A DNA stretch of 64,000 nucleotides from Rhynchobatus australiae (GCA_034780895.1 JAUZTB010000033.1:23601817-23665816), one strand, 5' to 3'. Counted from the first letter of the stretch, positions 25,878 to 40,632 are shown. Program-made: numbers and translations. Notes: generated by a model from the letters alone, not told the origin.

Positions 25878-26098
25878 CTTTCCAGAGAAGTGGAACCTTT
25901 GATTCCTGTTGCTTGGAATCTAATTACATCCTTCAGAGCTTTCACAAGGACAGCTCGTGTCCAGGCTGTTTGTTCAAATGCAGAGCTCTAAACCAGAAGG
26001 GAAAGTTTCTAATTTCTTCCTACAAAGAGCATGATTATTGGCAACCCTTCAGCCAAGCAGCAGACAGAGCGGTCATTACAAGCACTGAACTGTGTGAG
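25878..26098 (-). pseudogene. candidate pseudo-exon (221 nt, phase 0-2)
   Basis: gtttctcccgtttag|; LTQFSACNDRSVCCLAEGLPIIMLFVGRN*KLSLLV*SSAFEQTAWTRAVLVKALKDVIRFQATGIKGSTSLE; donor AAG|gttagg. Confidence 0.55.
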
Positions 26099-26351
26099 CT
26101 AAACGGGAGAAACATTCAAATGGCTGCAGTTTTTGGATGGTTCCCCTCTAGACAATGTGTGTGCAGTCGTTACAGAGAAATGTTACAGCATTGTTAACAT
26201 AGGAGAAAACTGCATTTTAAATGAAGTAATAACACACATAAAGGATATAAGTTAAATTGCTGTACTGAGAGTTGACAGACAAAGTTATGACTGACTGCTG
26301 TGCATTCTCACCATTCAATCCATTTCTTGAAATATCAGGAAAACCACTGAC

Positions 26352-26856
26352 TTGGCTGTGGATCTTGAGGCCACCCTCATTTACTTTCGACTTGCATTAG
26401 CAAAAGACTTTTCCACTGCTGGTTAACACTCCCTCTCTCTCCTCTAACACAAGTGAGTGTCTGTAACATTTCACTGTAGCAAAACAACTTATTTTGTTTG
26501 ATTTGTCTACTTTTATTCAGTAAGCTATTTACTAAAATGTCATCACTGTACTTCACCGCCCCAAACAAAAACAGTAGAGAATCTATGACATCCAAATGTC
26601 TGCTGTGTTTTTAGATTCCAGCCAGATCCTTATGACTCTGAGTTTCAGAATCAGCGAGACTGGAAAAAGTGTTGCCTATAGTGATTCTTGGCCAAAAACA
26701 CAAGTGTTTGAACATTTTAAAATTCAGGAGAGCTTGCTTTATAAAAATCCTTTTTTTGTGTGTATTGAACAGAACCGCCTTGACACAGGTTTTCCAAAGC
26801 TCACCCAGCTCCTGTCTGAATGGAATCCCTGTGTGTTACTGTGGCTTGAATGATTC
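26352..26856 (-). pseudogene. candidate pseudo-exon (505 nt)
   Basis: ttgcttctttaaag|; 168 codons in one frame with 3 stops; donor A|gtcagt. Confidence 0.55.
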
Positions 26857-27029
26857 CTTTAAAGAAGCAAATTCCTGAGCTGTGTTGACACAGGAATTGT
26901 TTCAGGTGGTAGTGTAGGGTGGTGCAGTAATGTAATCACTGGAGAACCATCGAGGAGGACGTGGATTTACAGCTGCATTTCCAAGCATGATGACCTATTC
27001 TGTCCTAACCATGCCACGTGTTTATTTAT

Positions 27030-27385
27030 TTATTTACTCACTCATTCATGGGATGGAAATCTCACTGGACTGTCTCTGATAGCTGTGGAACTGAGGACAC
27101 TATTGAGTCAACTGAATTGGTGGCTCTGGAGTTGTATATCAGTCATATAGGGTAGGAGAGCAAATTTCTTTGACTGAAGGACATTACTGAACTAAAAGGT
27201 GTTGTGACAAACTATTTGTTTTGTGCAAACCACTACTGAGATCAGTTTCTTTTCAATTTTTTTTAAATTAGTTGAATTTAAATTACCCAGCTGCCTTGGT
27301 GAGATGTACACACAGGTCTGTGAATCGATGGTGTAGAAATCTGGATACCAGTCCAGTACTTTAACTACTATACCACTGTGCCCTG
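27030..27385 (-). mobile_element. decayed tRNA-like SINE
   Basis: Minus head gggcacagtggtatagtagttaaagtactggactgg; tail motif recurring at about 7430, 29170, 45300, 61300. Confidence 0.5.
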
Positions 27386-27399
27386 TTGTGGAGGAATTC

Positions 27400-28040
27400 C
27401 TGAGGCTGGAGGCTTAACCTCCAACAGTGAGCACAGAAAGTGGGAGATACACAAAGGCATGCAGAGTCCCCAGGGGGTTGTAGCAGTGAGGGAGATCACA
27501 CAGATAAGGAGCAGTGGAGGGATCTGAAAGTGTGAATGAAAGTTTTGAATTCAAATCATGCAACATTGTGGCTATTGTATGTCAGTGAGCACAGGAGTGA
27601 TAAGTGAGTGTGGCTGTGCAGGCAGCAGTGTTTTGGATGAGCTGAAGTTTATGAAGTGCAGAAGATGAGAGGCCATCCAGGAAAGCATTGGAAGCCAACT
27701 AAAGCACGAGGAGCAGATGGGCTGAGGCAGTACAGATAGGATAACATTACAAAGGTGATGTAGGCAGTTTTTGTTATGTAGAGGATACGAGGACACTCGG
27801 GGACAATTAGGATACCAAGATGGCAAGCAGTCAGCTTCAGCTTTGTATAGTGATCTGGGAGGGAAAGGGACTAAAGAAGAAAATACAAACCAATGAACAA
27901 AGCCAATGGCTTGGGTCCTTCCAGTGTTTAATTGGGAAAGATCCCTTCTGGATGTCAGCCAAGTAATCATGCAAATTGGAAAGGGTGCAGGGATGGAGAA
28001 AAGTGGTGGTTGTGAGATGGAGCTGCCTGACATTGTATCT
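27400..28040 (-). mobile_element. decayed L2-clade LINE ORF2 fragment
   Basis: Minus ORF 27572-28033: QLNTGRTQAIGF and HSLITPVLTDIQ resemble L2 LNxxKTE and HITPVLxxLHW motifs. Confidence 0.6.
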
Positions 28041-28343
28041 TCAGACCAAGGATTAATCCTGAGGGAATCGAGCAGTGCTGTTCCAGGGCAGGGTGAGAGG
28101 TTCTCTGCTTATGACCAGCAGGGGAAGAGCGCAGTCAGGCCAGGGCTGAACCACTTCAGCCGAACAAAGCAGAAAAACTGTTGCTTACATTTAAAAAGAT
28201 GAAAATAAATGGGGTAAGTACACAGTGAAGAATAAGCAGATACAGATAAAAAGTACCAGTTATGCTTCTGATGTAACCCCTTCTGATTGTGGTCTCACGT
28301 ATTGGCAGCTGATCTTTTCGTTCTGCCTGTACTTCCTATCCAG

Positions 28344-28551
28344 GTGATCTTGTGTCTCGAGCCATGCACCACCTGCAGTGCTCAAACACCTTGTCTCCAG
28401 GAATGAGTCCCTGCCGCCATGGCAGACAGCAGCCTGTTACCTGGTCTCCTGACGCCCTGCACACACTTTACTATTTCCTGCGGTGTCCACAGATGGAATC
28501 AATGGAGAATCCCAACCTGGACCCACCTAGAGTTTCCTTAAATAATGAAAG
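28344..28551 (+). CDS. ABTB2: ABTB2 exon 3 (208 nt)
   Basis: cctatccag|, [11 protein letters not shown]...[38 protein letters not shown]|gtaatc; phase 1-2. Confidence 0.96.
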
Positions 28552-31381
28552 GTAATCTTGTTTTCCATGTTAAGCTTCTCTTTCACCTGTTTGTGCATCT
28601 TATTAAATGCTCTTGTAAAACCTTCCCCAGCAATGATCAGCTTGTTCATGCCTGTTGATGTTAATGAAGGATGGCAGCTGTTGGTGCCTTACTAAATCAT
28701 ATCACCAAGTAAATAGTTCATGTTGTTCATAAATAATCCATGTGTCAAGTTATTATTCTGAGTCCTATATTTGAGATGAGCAGAATAGATCCTAAGTGTT
28801 TTCTAATAGACACAGGTAAAAATGTGGAGCACTGTCACCTCTGTCCAGTATTGTGTACCACCAGCATCACTGGTAAAGTCATGCATTCAAAGTCAGAGAC
28901 TCACAAGCTTGGCTGCAATGGGAGTGAGAAGGGTTGAGGGTTGTTTGGAAAAGGCCTCTCCAGAGCACTGTGGAGAATCTAGAAGTGATCACTATCTTGG
29001 TGCCATTCAGCGATTTCCTTCAAGGGTTGGTTTGACAGTTTCTGGTATCCACATCATTTGGGCAGATTGGCTGATCCTGTGTGCAGGAAGGGCAAATATA
29101 CATTTGGAAATACTCAGCAACTATAATGAATAAAGGAGGGGGGTCCAGGTACAAATACAAGATGGGTGTTAAATGATGGCCTTGCCAGCAATGCTCATTC
29201 CCAAACACTGAATTAAAAAGTTCTGCTCAGCTTCAGTTTACCAGGAAGAGACTGGGATAAGTATATGATGTGCAGCATCTCGAGGATACAATCAATCACG
29301 AAACAATTAGTCAAGAACCCATGTATCTAGTTGACCTTGATGTGAGGCATTATTGTGGAGTTTGAGACTGTGGAGAATATTCTGGAAAGACAGCATTCAA
29401 GTACTTCTCTGGAAACGAAGGAGTGAACCTTGATATGTTCAGGACTGCTATAAACCCTGGAGTCAGGAGTTCAAGCTGTGAAAAGGAAGGCACATGAAAA
29501 GTTTAGGCTGTTTTGTGTGAATAGTGGAAGTGTGGAATGGGCTGTCCAGACAGAGAATGGAGGCAAAACTGTGTGGAAGGAATGAGAGATTTTTAAGGAT
29601 GTCAGAAACTGAGAGGAATTGATTTTAGAATGTGCAAAATGCTTTGTAGCATCTCTGCTTGGATATTCACGAATGTAATATTCGGAAATGAGCCAGCTAT
29701 GGTAAGAAGTTAGTGATGATGGGTAATAAAGTCAGAAATAACTTGCAACTTGCCACAGCAAAACTTCAATTTGGAATTTATTCAAACATTTAAAAAAAAA
29801 GTGAATAGTTTTTAAAAAAAAAACTAGGAATTTTTTGGTTTGAATTTTCTGTATTTTGATGTATTCTCTAGCAGGGAATGAGGTGATTTTCCCCCTCTCT
29901 ATCATCTTCCCCCACCCCCAACCCCACCACACCCATACACACAAAGTATGTGACAGATTATCAGCCATCATTTATTCTTTTTGACATATTACTATGTCAC
30001 TTGTAACAACTGGTTTCATATATTTGTGTTCCAATTGTCATTGAGCTATTTCAGCAAGGCATTAGCCTGTTTTTTTAAGTATCAAATTTCCTGACTATCA
30101 TTAATCATTTCAAGGAAAACTGCTAAGAGGCAGACTGAAACTGGCCATCCTTTCCATTCACTGTTTGTAGGACGTTGCTGTGTGCAAGTTGGCTGACATC
30201 TTTGCCTACAGAACACCCTTGGGACAGCTCATGGGTGTTAAGGACAGTCTACATGTTCATGCAATTTACTGGAAATATATGAAGAAACAGGAATAGATGG
30301 TTGTGTTGAATGTACAATGAGAGAATGCGTTATGACATTTCAACATCAGCACATCAGCCAGGACGAAGGAACTGCTTCTGTGTAATAAACAAAGCACAGA
30401 GAATTTTCATGCATTTGCTCTCAAACATTAATTGCTGTTATACAGCATTTACACCCTCAAATAATGTGCAAGATTTACTAACTGCCTGCTCCAGTCTTTA
30501 AAACCTCTTCTACATTCATATTATACCTATCCAATATTTGTCTGCTCAAATAATAAAAATATTCAGCTCATAATGATACAGCACACAAGACTGCATGTCT
30601 TTTATTTCTAGTTTTCCTGTTGATTCCTTTCACAGGTATATTCTTGCTAACAAAAAGAAACACATGCCTTTTGTTACAGTGAATGGCATGGCAGTTTCCA
30701 ATCATAAATGGTATATTTTTGGACCTGCTGTCTTTGTATTATTAATTTGCTAATATCCCCTCTGTCTCTTCATTGAATGGAAATGTACTTGTCAGCTGCT
30801 AAACTTCTCCTTCTCCATGGGGAAACCCATTTAAAGGTTTCACAATGGATTCCATTCTAAATATAGAAAACAATTCAGTCTGTCTTTTTAACCAAGCAGC
30901 ACAAACAGTGAGTACAGCCAAGGGAGACGTTTGACTGCTGCAGCTTCCTGGTAATATTGTTTATAGAATTGCTATCCACTTCCGATACTGATGAATAAAA
31001 ACCTCCATAGGATTCAGAAGCATGCTGGAAACCCCTTTGAGGATACATACATATTGTTAAATATTTGGAAAACAAAATGGTTTGACTAAATCAGTGATGA
31101 TGTGCAAGTGCAGTAGGTGGTATTAATTAGCTGACAACTTTATTCATGAAGAAAATTACTTTGAAATAAATAAAATCAGAAAATTCTAGAAATGCACTGA
31201 ATATCATCATGATCTTGAAAGATACTAATGGTTTCAGGGAAGAATGATTATTGGAGTTTGATTCTGATGAATACTTGTCTCACATATAATGATGGGATTG
31301 TACGTTTCCAGGATTTCGTAATTTTATTTCTGGTTTCCAATTTTAAAAAAATTAAATGTATTGTTATTGGACTTTTGTCAT

Positions 31382-31750
31382 TCAAATATAAAATATTTCA
31401 CTAATAAAATGTTTTGCAGTGCCAGGAATTCCAAATATCGTTAGGTTACAAAAAAAACAGTATGACACAAATTTAGCAACTCTGATTAATGGGGATTGGG
31501 CAGAAGTTGACTGGTGCCAAAATATGTCGATGATATCTATGGAGCCGATAAGTATGGTCCTAAGTATGATGCTGAGCGTGACTTTTAGCTGTTGAAGTGA
31601 CCTGCTTGATCGCACAGCTTGATCAAGAAAATATTTCAAGTGGCAGAAAGCACCAAGTAGACCATTCCTTCTTGCATCTCCAGGATAATTGCCTTCTACA
31701 CCTATTATTAGTTTGGAGTAATTGCATTGGATGGTTGCATCTAATGCTAC
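31382..31750 (-). pseudogene. candidate exon, frame open 122 codons from the acceptor
   Basis: ccttacctaacag|; VALDATIQCNYSKLIIGVEGNYPGDARRNGLLGAFCHLKYFLDQAVRSSRSLQQLKVTLSIILRT...; donor uncertain. Confidence 0.5.
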
Positions 31751-33570
31751 CTGTTAGGTAAGGTTTTGCAGAAGCATTATAGAGCAAACAACATGTGGGC
31801 AGGCATGGGTAATAGATTATAAGTTGGAGATATATGGATGACATTGTGAGGGATATTCTTAAGAACTCTTTAACTATTGCCTAGATCTTATAGGTATCTT
31901 GCAATCCATTCATGTTTTTTTTAATAGTAATCCTGTAATCTCCATTTTATTTTTGTAATTTGTGATGATCTTTTGATAATTGATGTTGCAGGAGCTGCTG
32001 AAGTTTATTGTGCAGGTTCACAGCAGGTGACAGGAACAGAGTAGCGTGAGCTACCACGTGTCAGCAGTGCAACACTTCCATGATGAGCCTGAATGTACAT
32101 CTCAAGAGCAAAAAGCTTTATGTTATGTTTGGCCTCAGTACTGATTAAGTTTGATCACCTCTCATTGCTGATCAAAGTAAAGTTAGTGCCATGAGATCAG
32201 AATACAACTTTCATAAACTTTGTTCTTTCACCAGCTTGTTCACTAAATAATCAGATATTTTCATCTTTTGTGCTAACAAATGAAGTGGTGGGCAAGTCAA
32301 TAATGGCCCCTGGTGCTTGCATAGTGATTGTGTAAACCCTCTTCCTCCAAAACCCGCCAGTTATTCCTGGGATGTTTATTTGAACAGAATGCTCGGCAGA
32401 AAAAATAAACTGGCTAACTCATCATAGACCAAAGAATACTTCTACTTGTCCATTGCACAGCAAACGTTATTTTTAACCGGAAGCAAAATCACTCAAAGCA
32501 AATAGTAAGTTTACTTGCGTGAAGAAAAATCTTTTTCACTGTTGTCTCTGCAGTTCAACCCTTCTGTGCCAATATTCTGCAAAGGTCACTGCTGCTACTG
32601 AAGGTGTGGCCAAACTGTGTGGCATATGGAAGAGCAAATAAGTTAACACTTCAAGCCTTCAGCCCTACATCACAAAGTAGCATGTAGGATGAATAAGTAT
32701 CTTAATCTATGGTCATTGAAAAAGAACAGGAAAAGAGAGGAGGATGTGGTGGAATGACAGGAATGATGAGGTTGATAGTTGACTGAAATGATCTATTTCT
32801 CACATACTTCATGTATTTATCTTTTCCACTCCTCACTTTCCATTGTTCATTCATTGATCCTTCAGTCATTCCAGAGAGACATTCACTCATTTTTTGTCAC
32901 CCTTCCCTTTGATTTGCTTCTATTAAAATACTTTGTCTTTTTTTTGTTTTAATTAAGGAATGAACTTCTGAAGTATTAACCACGCAAAGACTGGCTGACT
33001 TGTGGTGCACTTCCAAAGTATTCTGTCTGTTTTTAGGTTTCCAGCATTTGTATTTTTGTGCCGAGGGTGAGGTGTTGATGGTTTTCTTTGTTGATTTCTA
33101 AATTGGATTTTAATTTGTTACAAGGTACAAGAGCAAGATATGATTTGTGTGTTATTTAGAACAACCCATTATGTGTTGTTGTACTTCAATGGGGTCACTT
33201 ATCATACTGAAGCTTGACACTTTGTGGTCCCTTTTCAAATAGTGGGAGAGTTCATCATTCATCTGTCACTGATTGGCTCTCAATGAACTTCGGGTAAATT
33301 ACAAGTAAAGACTGGAAAAGCTCCATTCTCCAGTCATGAAGTGGAGACTGGATAGAACTATAAAAGAGATGCAGCATACAGTGTATTCAGCAAGAAATGC
33401 TGAATACAACACCACATCAAGTAGGAACAAGGGACATTGGATCAAACTGGCAAAAGAGAAATTTAAATCCCCTTAAAGCAACTTCTTAAAACTGTTTTGA
33501 TAGTTCACTTTCTTTTGGGCATACCACAACTTGAATCTGAAAACCCAACTGTTTTTTAGTTGATCTGTAG

Positions 33571-33972
<402 letters not shown>

Positions 33973-34494
33973 TAGATAGAGGCCCAATACAGTGCAATGC
34001 CAAGGCTTTGGGGAAAAACGCACATGCACTAATCGGGACTTAAAGATGACCCTGGATCTGAAGGTCTGCAGGATGACCTGAATGATTTTGTGTCTAATTC
34101 CAACTTTCAGAAGAGCTTTGAAACTGATTTTACTGTTCAAGTGCTTTGACTTTCAGAGAGACATGTTAAATATTTACACTAATATTGATTATGATAGGAT
34201 AGCTGCTTAAAAAAAGTCCCAAACATCATTTCCTCATAGTCTTCCTTATCAGCGGGGAGCTGTGTATTGTTATTCAGTATGTTTTACAAAGTGCGTCCAA
34301 GGGAGAAGTTGTTCATGCATCTGCTTGCTGTATGTTAGTGGGCTCTTAAATATAATGGGAAGTTCTGTATTTTCATTTCATGGTTCGCAATGTGTTTTGA
34401 AACCAGCATAACTAAAGAAGCCTACAATAACACAGTTGGTGCAGATCATGAATATTTTCATGTTCAGTGACCCACTCTGTACTCCCATACAGAT

Positions 34495-34973
34495 TCAGAA
34501 ACAATTTTGAATCATAGCTGATACTTGTCTCCTCTTGATCCCATCATTAGTGCTGCTAAAATGAAGCAGAAATTCTAGCAGAAGGCAGGATAGGAAAACA
34601 TGGGTGGTTGCAGCAGTATCTGCCTTCACAGGCTGCAACACATCACCCGTAGCTCTGCCTCTCAAAGTGTCTCCATGCAGCACCATTGCTCAGCCTCATA
34701 AACCAGCAGCAGAAGAAAAGGGCGTAGAAACTCAGCAAGGCTTTCTCAACAAGTCAATTCCATGAGGTTGTGAATAACAGAGAGACACAGACGAAGAAGA
34801 TCCCTGATGCTGTACTGCTACTTTAACCCCACTTGGGGCTAGCCCCCTTGAGGTAGGGGAGGAAAGATCTGATTTCCACCCACCGACTGTTGCTGGCAGT
34901 GCATCTGTGTGCCTGCTGTACGAGGACAGGATTGAGGTCAACCTCGTAGAAGACTCCCTATCCAGGAATACAT
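34495..34973 (-). pseudogene. candidate pseudo-exon in ABTB2 intron 4
   Basis: gtgttttgttttcag|; ORFs 34732-35016 and 34495-34686 share one frame separated by three TGA. Confidence 0.5.
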
Positions 34974-35018
34974 CTGAAAACAAAACACTTGGGCAAGTTC
35001 CCCAGTAATTTGTCATGA

Positions 35019-35414
<396 letters not shown>

Positions 35415-36339
35415 TAATAGGGGAGAAATTTGTCACTGTTCACTGGATTTAAACATGCAAGGGTATCAGCTGCTGTTGTAATCACCTCCTAATGTCCGAT
35501 TCCATTGTGGTCAATAGGGCAAATTCAATTAGTGAGCAGCCAATACTTTTCCACGTATAGTTCTAGCATCCAAAGACTGATTTCTCTCCCATAAGGTCAA
35601 TACGTAATTATAATTGGGTTGTGTAACATTCATGTCAAAGTATCTTTGAACACTCTCAAAGGATCTTTGAACACTCTCAGAAGCACTGGATTGTGTACAA
35701 AAAAAAAGGAAACAAAAGACATGTTTACATTATGTCTTTAGTCATCTGAGGACATCCCAAAATACTTTGTAGCCAACAAGCTACTCCTGTCTGATGGAGG
35801 AAATGCTGCAGCCAGTACGTTATTGGACTTGAGCTGAGCTGCACGTGGAACAATTTCAAAATTTAGTCGAAGACACAGAGCTTGCAAATGTGGTATATTA
35901 GTGAGGAGAATAGTGACAGAGTTTGAGTGGATGAAGACAGGCTGGTGGAATGAGCAGACAGGTGACAGAAGAAATGTAACACAGAGAATTGTGAAGGGAC
36001 ATATTGTGATAGGAAGGAGGAAAGGCAGTGGGATAAATGTCGCAATTCTAGAGGAGATGCAGGAACAGCAATATGAATGTTTATGTGCATAAATCTTCAG
36101 AGGTGACAGCATTTCTATTTAAAAAACATATGGGATCCTGGGCTTTATAAATAGAATGATATAAAGATGGTGACCCTCAATGAAATGCTGGTTCTGTTGC
36201 ATCCAGACCTGGGAGCTGCATTGTGCTGCACAGGCTGATGAGTGCCAGTTAATGTTTTGAACTACATATGGCACATTAAGCAAGAGATGCCGTGCTGGCT
36301 TGTGAGATTAATAGCACTGCTCTTGTGAGATTGATCGGG

Positions 36340-36590
36340 CTAGTGCTTCGGCTCTGCCTTCACACTTCTCTTCCACTCAGTATAGATGAAGACACATCAG
36401 TGGAGCGATCACTAAAGAGATCCTACCAAGACTTCAGAGGTCACTGTCGAAGCGCTTCAAGGATAATTTGTGGGTGTCCTTGAAATGTTTATTCTGGTCT
36501 CTCAAAGTATTTTCCCTCCTTCAGCTCAATGTAGATCTTCCCTGGTGGCCTGTCATCTAATATCATCAGGCCTACATGACTGAAGGAAAC
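36340..36590 (-). mobile_element. decayed RTE-clade LINE C-terminal fragment
   Basis: HVGLMILDDRPPGKIYIELKEGK...KHFKDTHKLSLKRF resembles the RTE GHVxRMxDxRxPKxxLYGELxxGKR...RFKD motif. Confidence 0.6.
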
Positions 36591-38175
36591 TATTATTGGA
36601 GGAGTGAAGGGAGAAGATAGTGTGCCTGGTATGTAATCAGAGGAATGAAAAGAGTGACAGAGACTTGTCAACCCGGGGACATGGCTGTTTAACTAAATGA
36701 TGTCCACCAGCAGGGAGGCTTGTTAATTCTTCACCCGGGGCAGCTGGACTTGCCATTTCCCCACCCTTCTCTTTTCTCCGCCTTTATATAGTTCAAGTGC
36801 ATAGGGTTGTACCTCACAGACAGATGCACGTAGTGCTGCTCCTCTCACATGTCAGGTTTCCATTTGCACGGGATATCAAATCTCAAAGTCCTGAACTTCG
36901 TGGATAGATGGTGCCCCATCTGTCAATACATTTTCCATTGGAATTCTCATGACAAACAGAGGCAGAGCTCCATCTTGCTGAGGTTCCCCAACACGTTTTC
37001 TTAGGTAGGGTGGGGAATATGAAACCTATTTTGATTTCCATGGGAATTTAGGACTGTAATTAAAAGTCAAAGGGGGAGATGAGTTCTGTTCTTTAATTAC
37101 TTTGATTTAATGTTCTTAATGAAATGTTTCTACCTTATTTAAAAATGTTAATAATTTACTTCATTTTTGATATTTTCATATGTCTGAATGTCAGAGGCAT
37201 TAAAAACTATCACAGCTGGCAAAGCTCGGGATCAAGTTTGGCTAGCTGTTCAAGGGAACTTCCTCAGTTGACTGTTGAGGGCTCTGCCACTACCCAGGAC
37301 ATGTAGCTAGATCCTGGGACATTTCAGGCCAGCAAGATAGTCCCTCTTTATCTGGACTAAGTAAATACTTAAGAACAGGAGAAAACAGGAGCTGGAGTAG
37401 ATCTCCACCCCTCACACCCGCACTACCGTTCAATGTGATCATGGCAGATCCATCACAGGCCTCAACTTCTCTTCTCTGCCAATTTGCTGATCTTTCAAAA
37501 ACATATCCACTGCCTTTTTAAACATCTCCAGTGAGCCAGCCTGTGAAATGTGTGATGGTTCTGGGCAGCAGACTTGGGCCAGCAAAATTGGTCTCATGCT
37601 TACTGAACAAGGACATAACTTACAAAAGAAAAACATGATGAATATCAATAATACACGATTACATTTGGTAGCAATGGTTCTGATGACACTGTCTAGCCTG
37701 GAGAGGAGTTAATCTCTTCTAGTTTGAAGGGGATCTGTACCAGTGTTTTTATCAAAATCTGGAGGTTTGCAACAAAGCTTTCCATACAAGAAATCCAGTA
37801 ATCAAGATGATTTGTATAAAGTAGGTTTCTGCATTTTAGAGTTAGTATTTGGGCCTTGACCTGTTATTGCTACTTTCCTGAATTCACAAAGTTTCATCTG
37901 AGGGGAAGTGCACTGTGTGGGGTGAGTATGACAAACCAGCAGACCAGTGACAAGTGTAAAGCAAGCTATGGCTATGCTTCAAATGACTAAACCTCATATT
38001 TATTGACCAAATAACTGAAGGTGATTTGTGATCTAGGTTATAACAATAATCCAAATATAATTTATGTGTGTTTCCAAAACCCCAGCACTGTTGCTGACAA
38101 GCTCTATCTAGTCATTATGTGTTTTAACATTGAAGCATTGCTTGTGATTGGCCATTTCCCCACTGATGTTCTTGA

Positions 38176-38310
<135 letters not shown>

Positions 38311-38369
38311 TGACTGCCAGAAACCATCAGTTTTCCTTGTTGGATTTTTCAAATATCCATCAATAATGA

Positions 38370-38507
<138 letters not shown>

Positions 38508-38869
38508 TAAGTGACTGGGTTGATTCGATAGCCGTGGTTCTTGCCCCACATATTTAATGTTCCCAGCTGGCTATTGTTATAGTTACTTTTATGGGCCGTA
38601 ACAGTCCTCTCTGGTAATGCATTATGGTAGATCTGATAACTGGCTCATCTCCAGTGTGTCTCACTCCCATGTTGGAGTTTAATAGCTACTTCTTGTAAAC
38701 AAATATCTGCAAGCCCAAAGTTCAAACTTGCTTGATTTGGACCAAATCGTCATTCTTTGATAAAGATAAATGGCAAATCTCGTGACAACTTTGAAGATAT
38801 CTTAAAAAGCAGAAGTCGTTCCGAACTTATGTTCTTCTTTATCAACTGCCTCTAACCTCCCCCATGAAG

Positions 38870-39320
38870 CTTCTCAATCCCAGCGATGGCAGGATTGTCT
38901 TCTGAGAAAAGGTTGGGCTGGTTGATTCTATATTCTTTGGAGTTCAGAAGATTGAGAAGCAATTTTACTGAAACACGTGATTCTTTGGGAGCTTGACGGG
39001 GGAAATATTGGGAGATGTTGCCCCTGAGAGGAGTGTCCAGGACTAGAAGGTGTTGTCTGAGGGTAAAGAGGTGCCCATTTAACACTGAGGTGAGGAAGAA
39101 TTTTTTCAATCAAGAGGTTGTGAAGTTTGAATTGTTTGGAATTCCTTGCCTCAGAAAGCTGTGGAGGCCAAATCTGTGAATATATTAAAGGCTGAGACAT
39201 TTTTAATTAACAATTAAAACAAGATTTTGAGGAGAGGGCAGTTGGATCACCTTAAGTAATAGCTTAAGGAAAGTTGGATCAGCTGTGATTTTATTGAAAG
39301 GCATCCTCCTGTTCTATGTA
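38870..39320 (+). mobile_element. CR1 LINE 3' fragment
   Basis: ttctttggagttcagaagattgaga...gaggtgaggaagaattttttc typical of the CR1 ORF2 end. Confidence 0.8.
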
Positions 39321-40290
39321 TAATAGTCTTGCATTCTAAACATGAAAATCTTAGAGTTTACTCGTCTATTTTCAGAGCATGCCTTGAGTACCTGAGTTTT
39401 TGTGTTTCAAGGGTTAAAACCTGATTAGTAAATTTGACTGCAGAATTTAAAGTTGTTTGTGATAGAGTTGATAGCGGATATTTTGAAAAGAGCAGAGATA
39501 ATGCAAGAGGCAAGTAATAATTTTCTGAAATAAATAAAAAAAAATAAGCAAGAGAAGTTGGTACAAATAACCTTCAATGGGAAGTGAAAGCAAGACTTCA
39601 TTAACAATATGCAATGCTCTGAAGTTGAGGGTTCTATGGGTGGTTTGTATAATAATTATGCTGATGGTCTCTACAGCAGTAACAAGTAGCATGTGCAGGG
39701 TAAAATGGAAAACATGGATAACACAAATGTGTGTGTACTTTATTCAGGGTTCTTCTTGGCTTGACCACAATGAAGCACAGGTGTCACACATATTTACCTA
39801 TACTAGCATTATTAAAATGGAAATAGCAAGTGATTGGAATCCATGGCTTTTGCAGTGTACACAGACAGGCTCGAGTCTGAATATGAATAAGTACTGCCTG
39901 TTTCTCAGTCTATGTACATTTCTCTGTAATTTCTTATACCTGCTGACCCGGGTAGTTGTGAAAGACTGCACCATAACTTCTTGGGGAAATGTAGAGGTTT
40001 GGATATTAGATATCAGAATTCAGCACATCTTTTACATTCTGTGGTTGAAGCCACCACATTTAGCACATAAAGGCTGGTGACTTGTATGCTGGAATAAGGC
40101 AGTATTGAGTGTCTGTGGAAACACTTGTCGGAGGTCATGTCCTGAGGGGGCAGGAGGAATATGAACTTATTTATTTCTCTTAATGGGTTTCTTGATTTCT
40201 TTTTTCTTAATCCCTAAATAAATTTTTCTTCATTAGTTTTCATTTCTTTGTTCATTGTCTTCATCCAGTACTGATCAAGGCAAAATCTCC

Positions 40291-40472
40291 TGAGATGAGA
40301 TGAGATCTCTTTATTAGTCACATGTACATCGAAACACACAGTGAAATGCATCTTTTGCGCCGAGTGTTCTGGGGGCAGCCCACAGGTGTTGCCACACATC
40401 CAGCGCCAACATAGCATGCCCACAACTTCCTAACCCTTACAGTTTTGGAAGGTGGGAGGAAATTGGAGCACG
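40291..40472 (-). mobile_element. truncated SINE with (GAGAT)n tail
   Basis: gagatgagatgagatctctttattagtcacatg...ggaggaaattggagcac; shares core with the 6010-6372 family. Confidence 0.7.
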
Positions 40473-40632
40473 CCCTGTTGTGAAATATTCCAAAATAAAT
40501 AATCCATTGTCTTTGGCATAAACCTCACTCCCNNNNNNNNNNNNNNNNNNNNNNNNNNNNNNNNNNNNNNNNNNNNNNNNNNNNNNNNNNNNNNNNNNNN
40601 NNNNNNNNNNNNNNNNNNNNNNNNNNNNNNNN

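Noticed and set aside
39577-40080. 167-aa + ORF in intron 7
   Set aside because: No recognisable domain, hydrophobic low-information composition, not needed by the ABTB2 frame.
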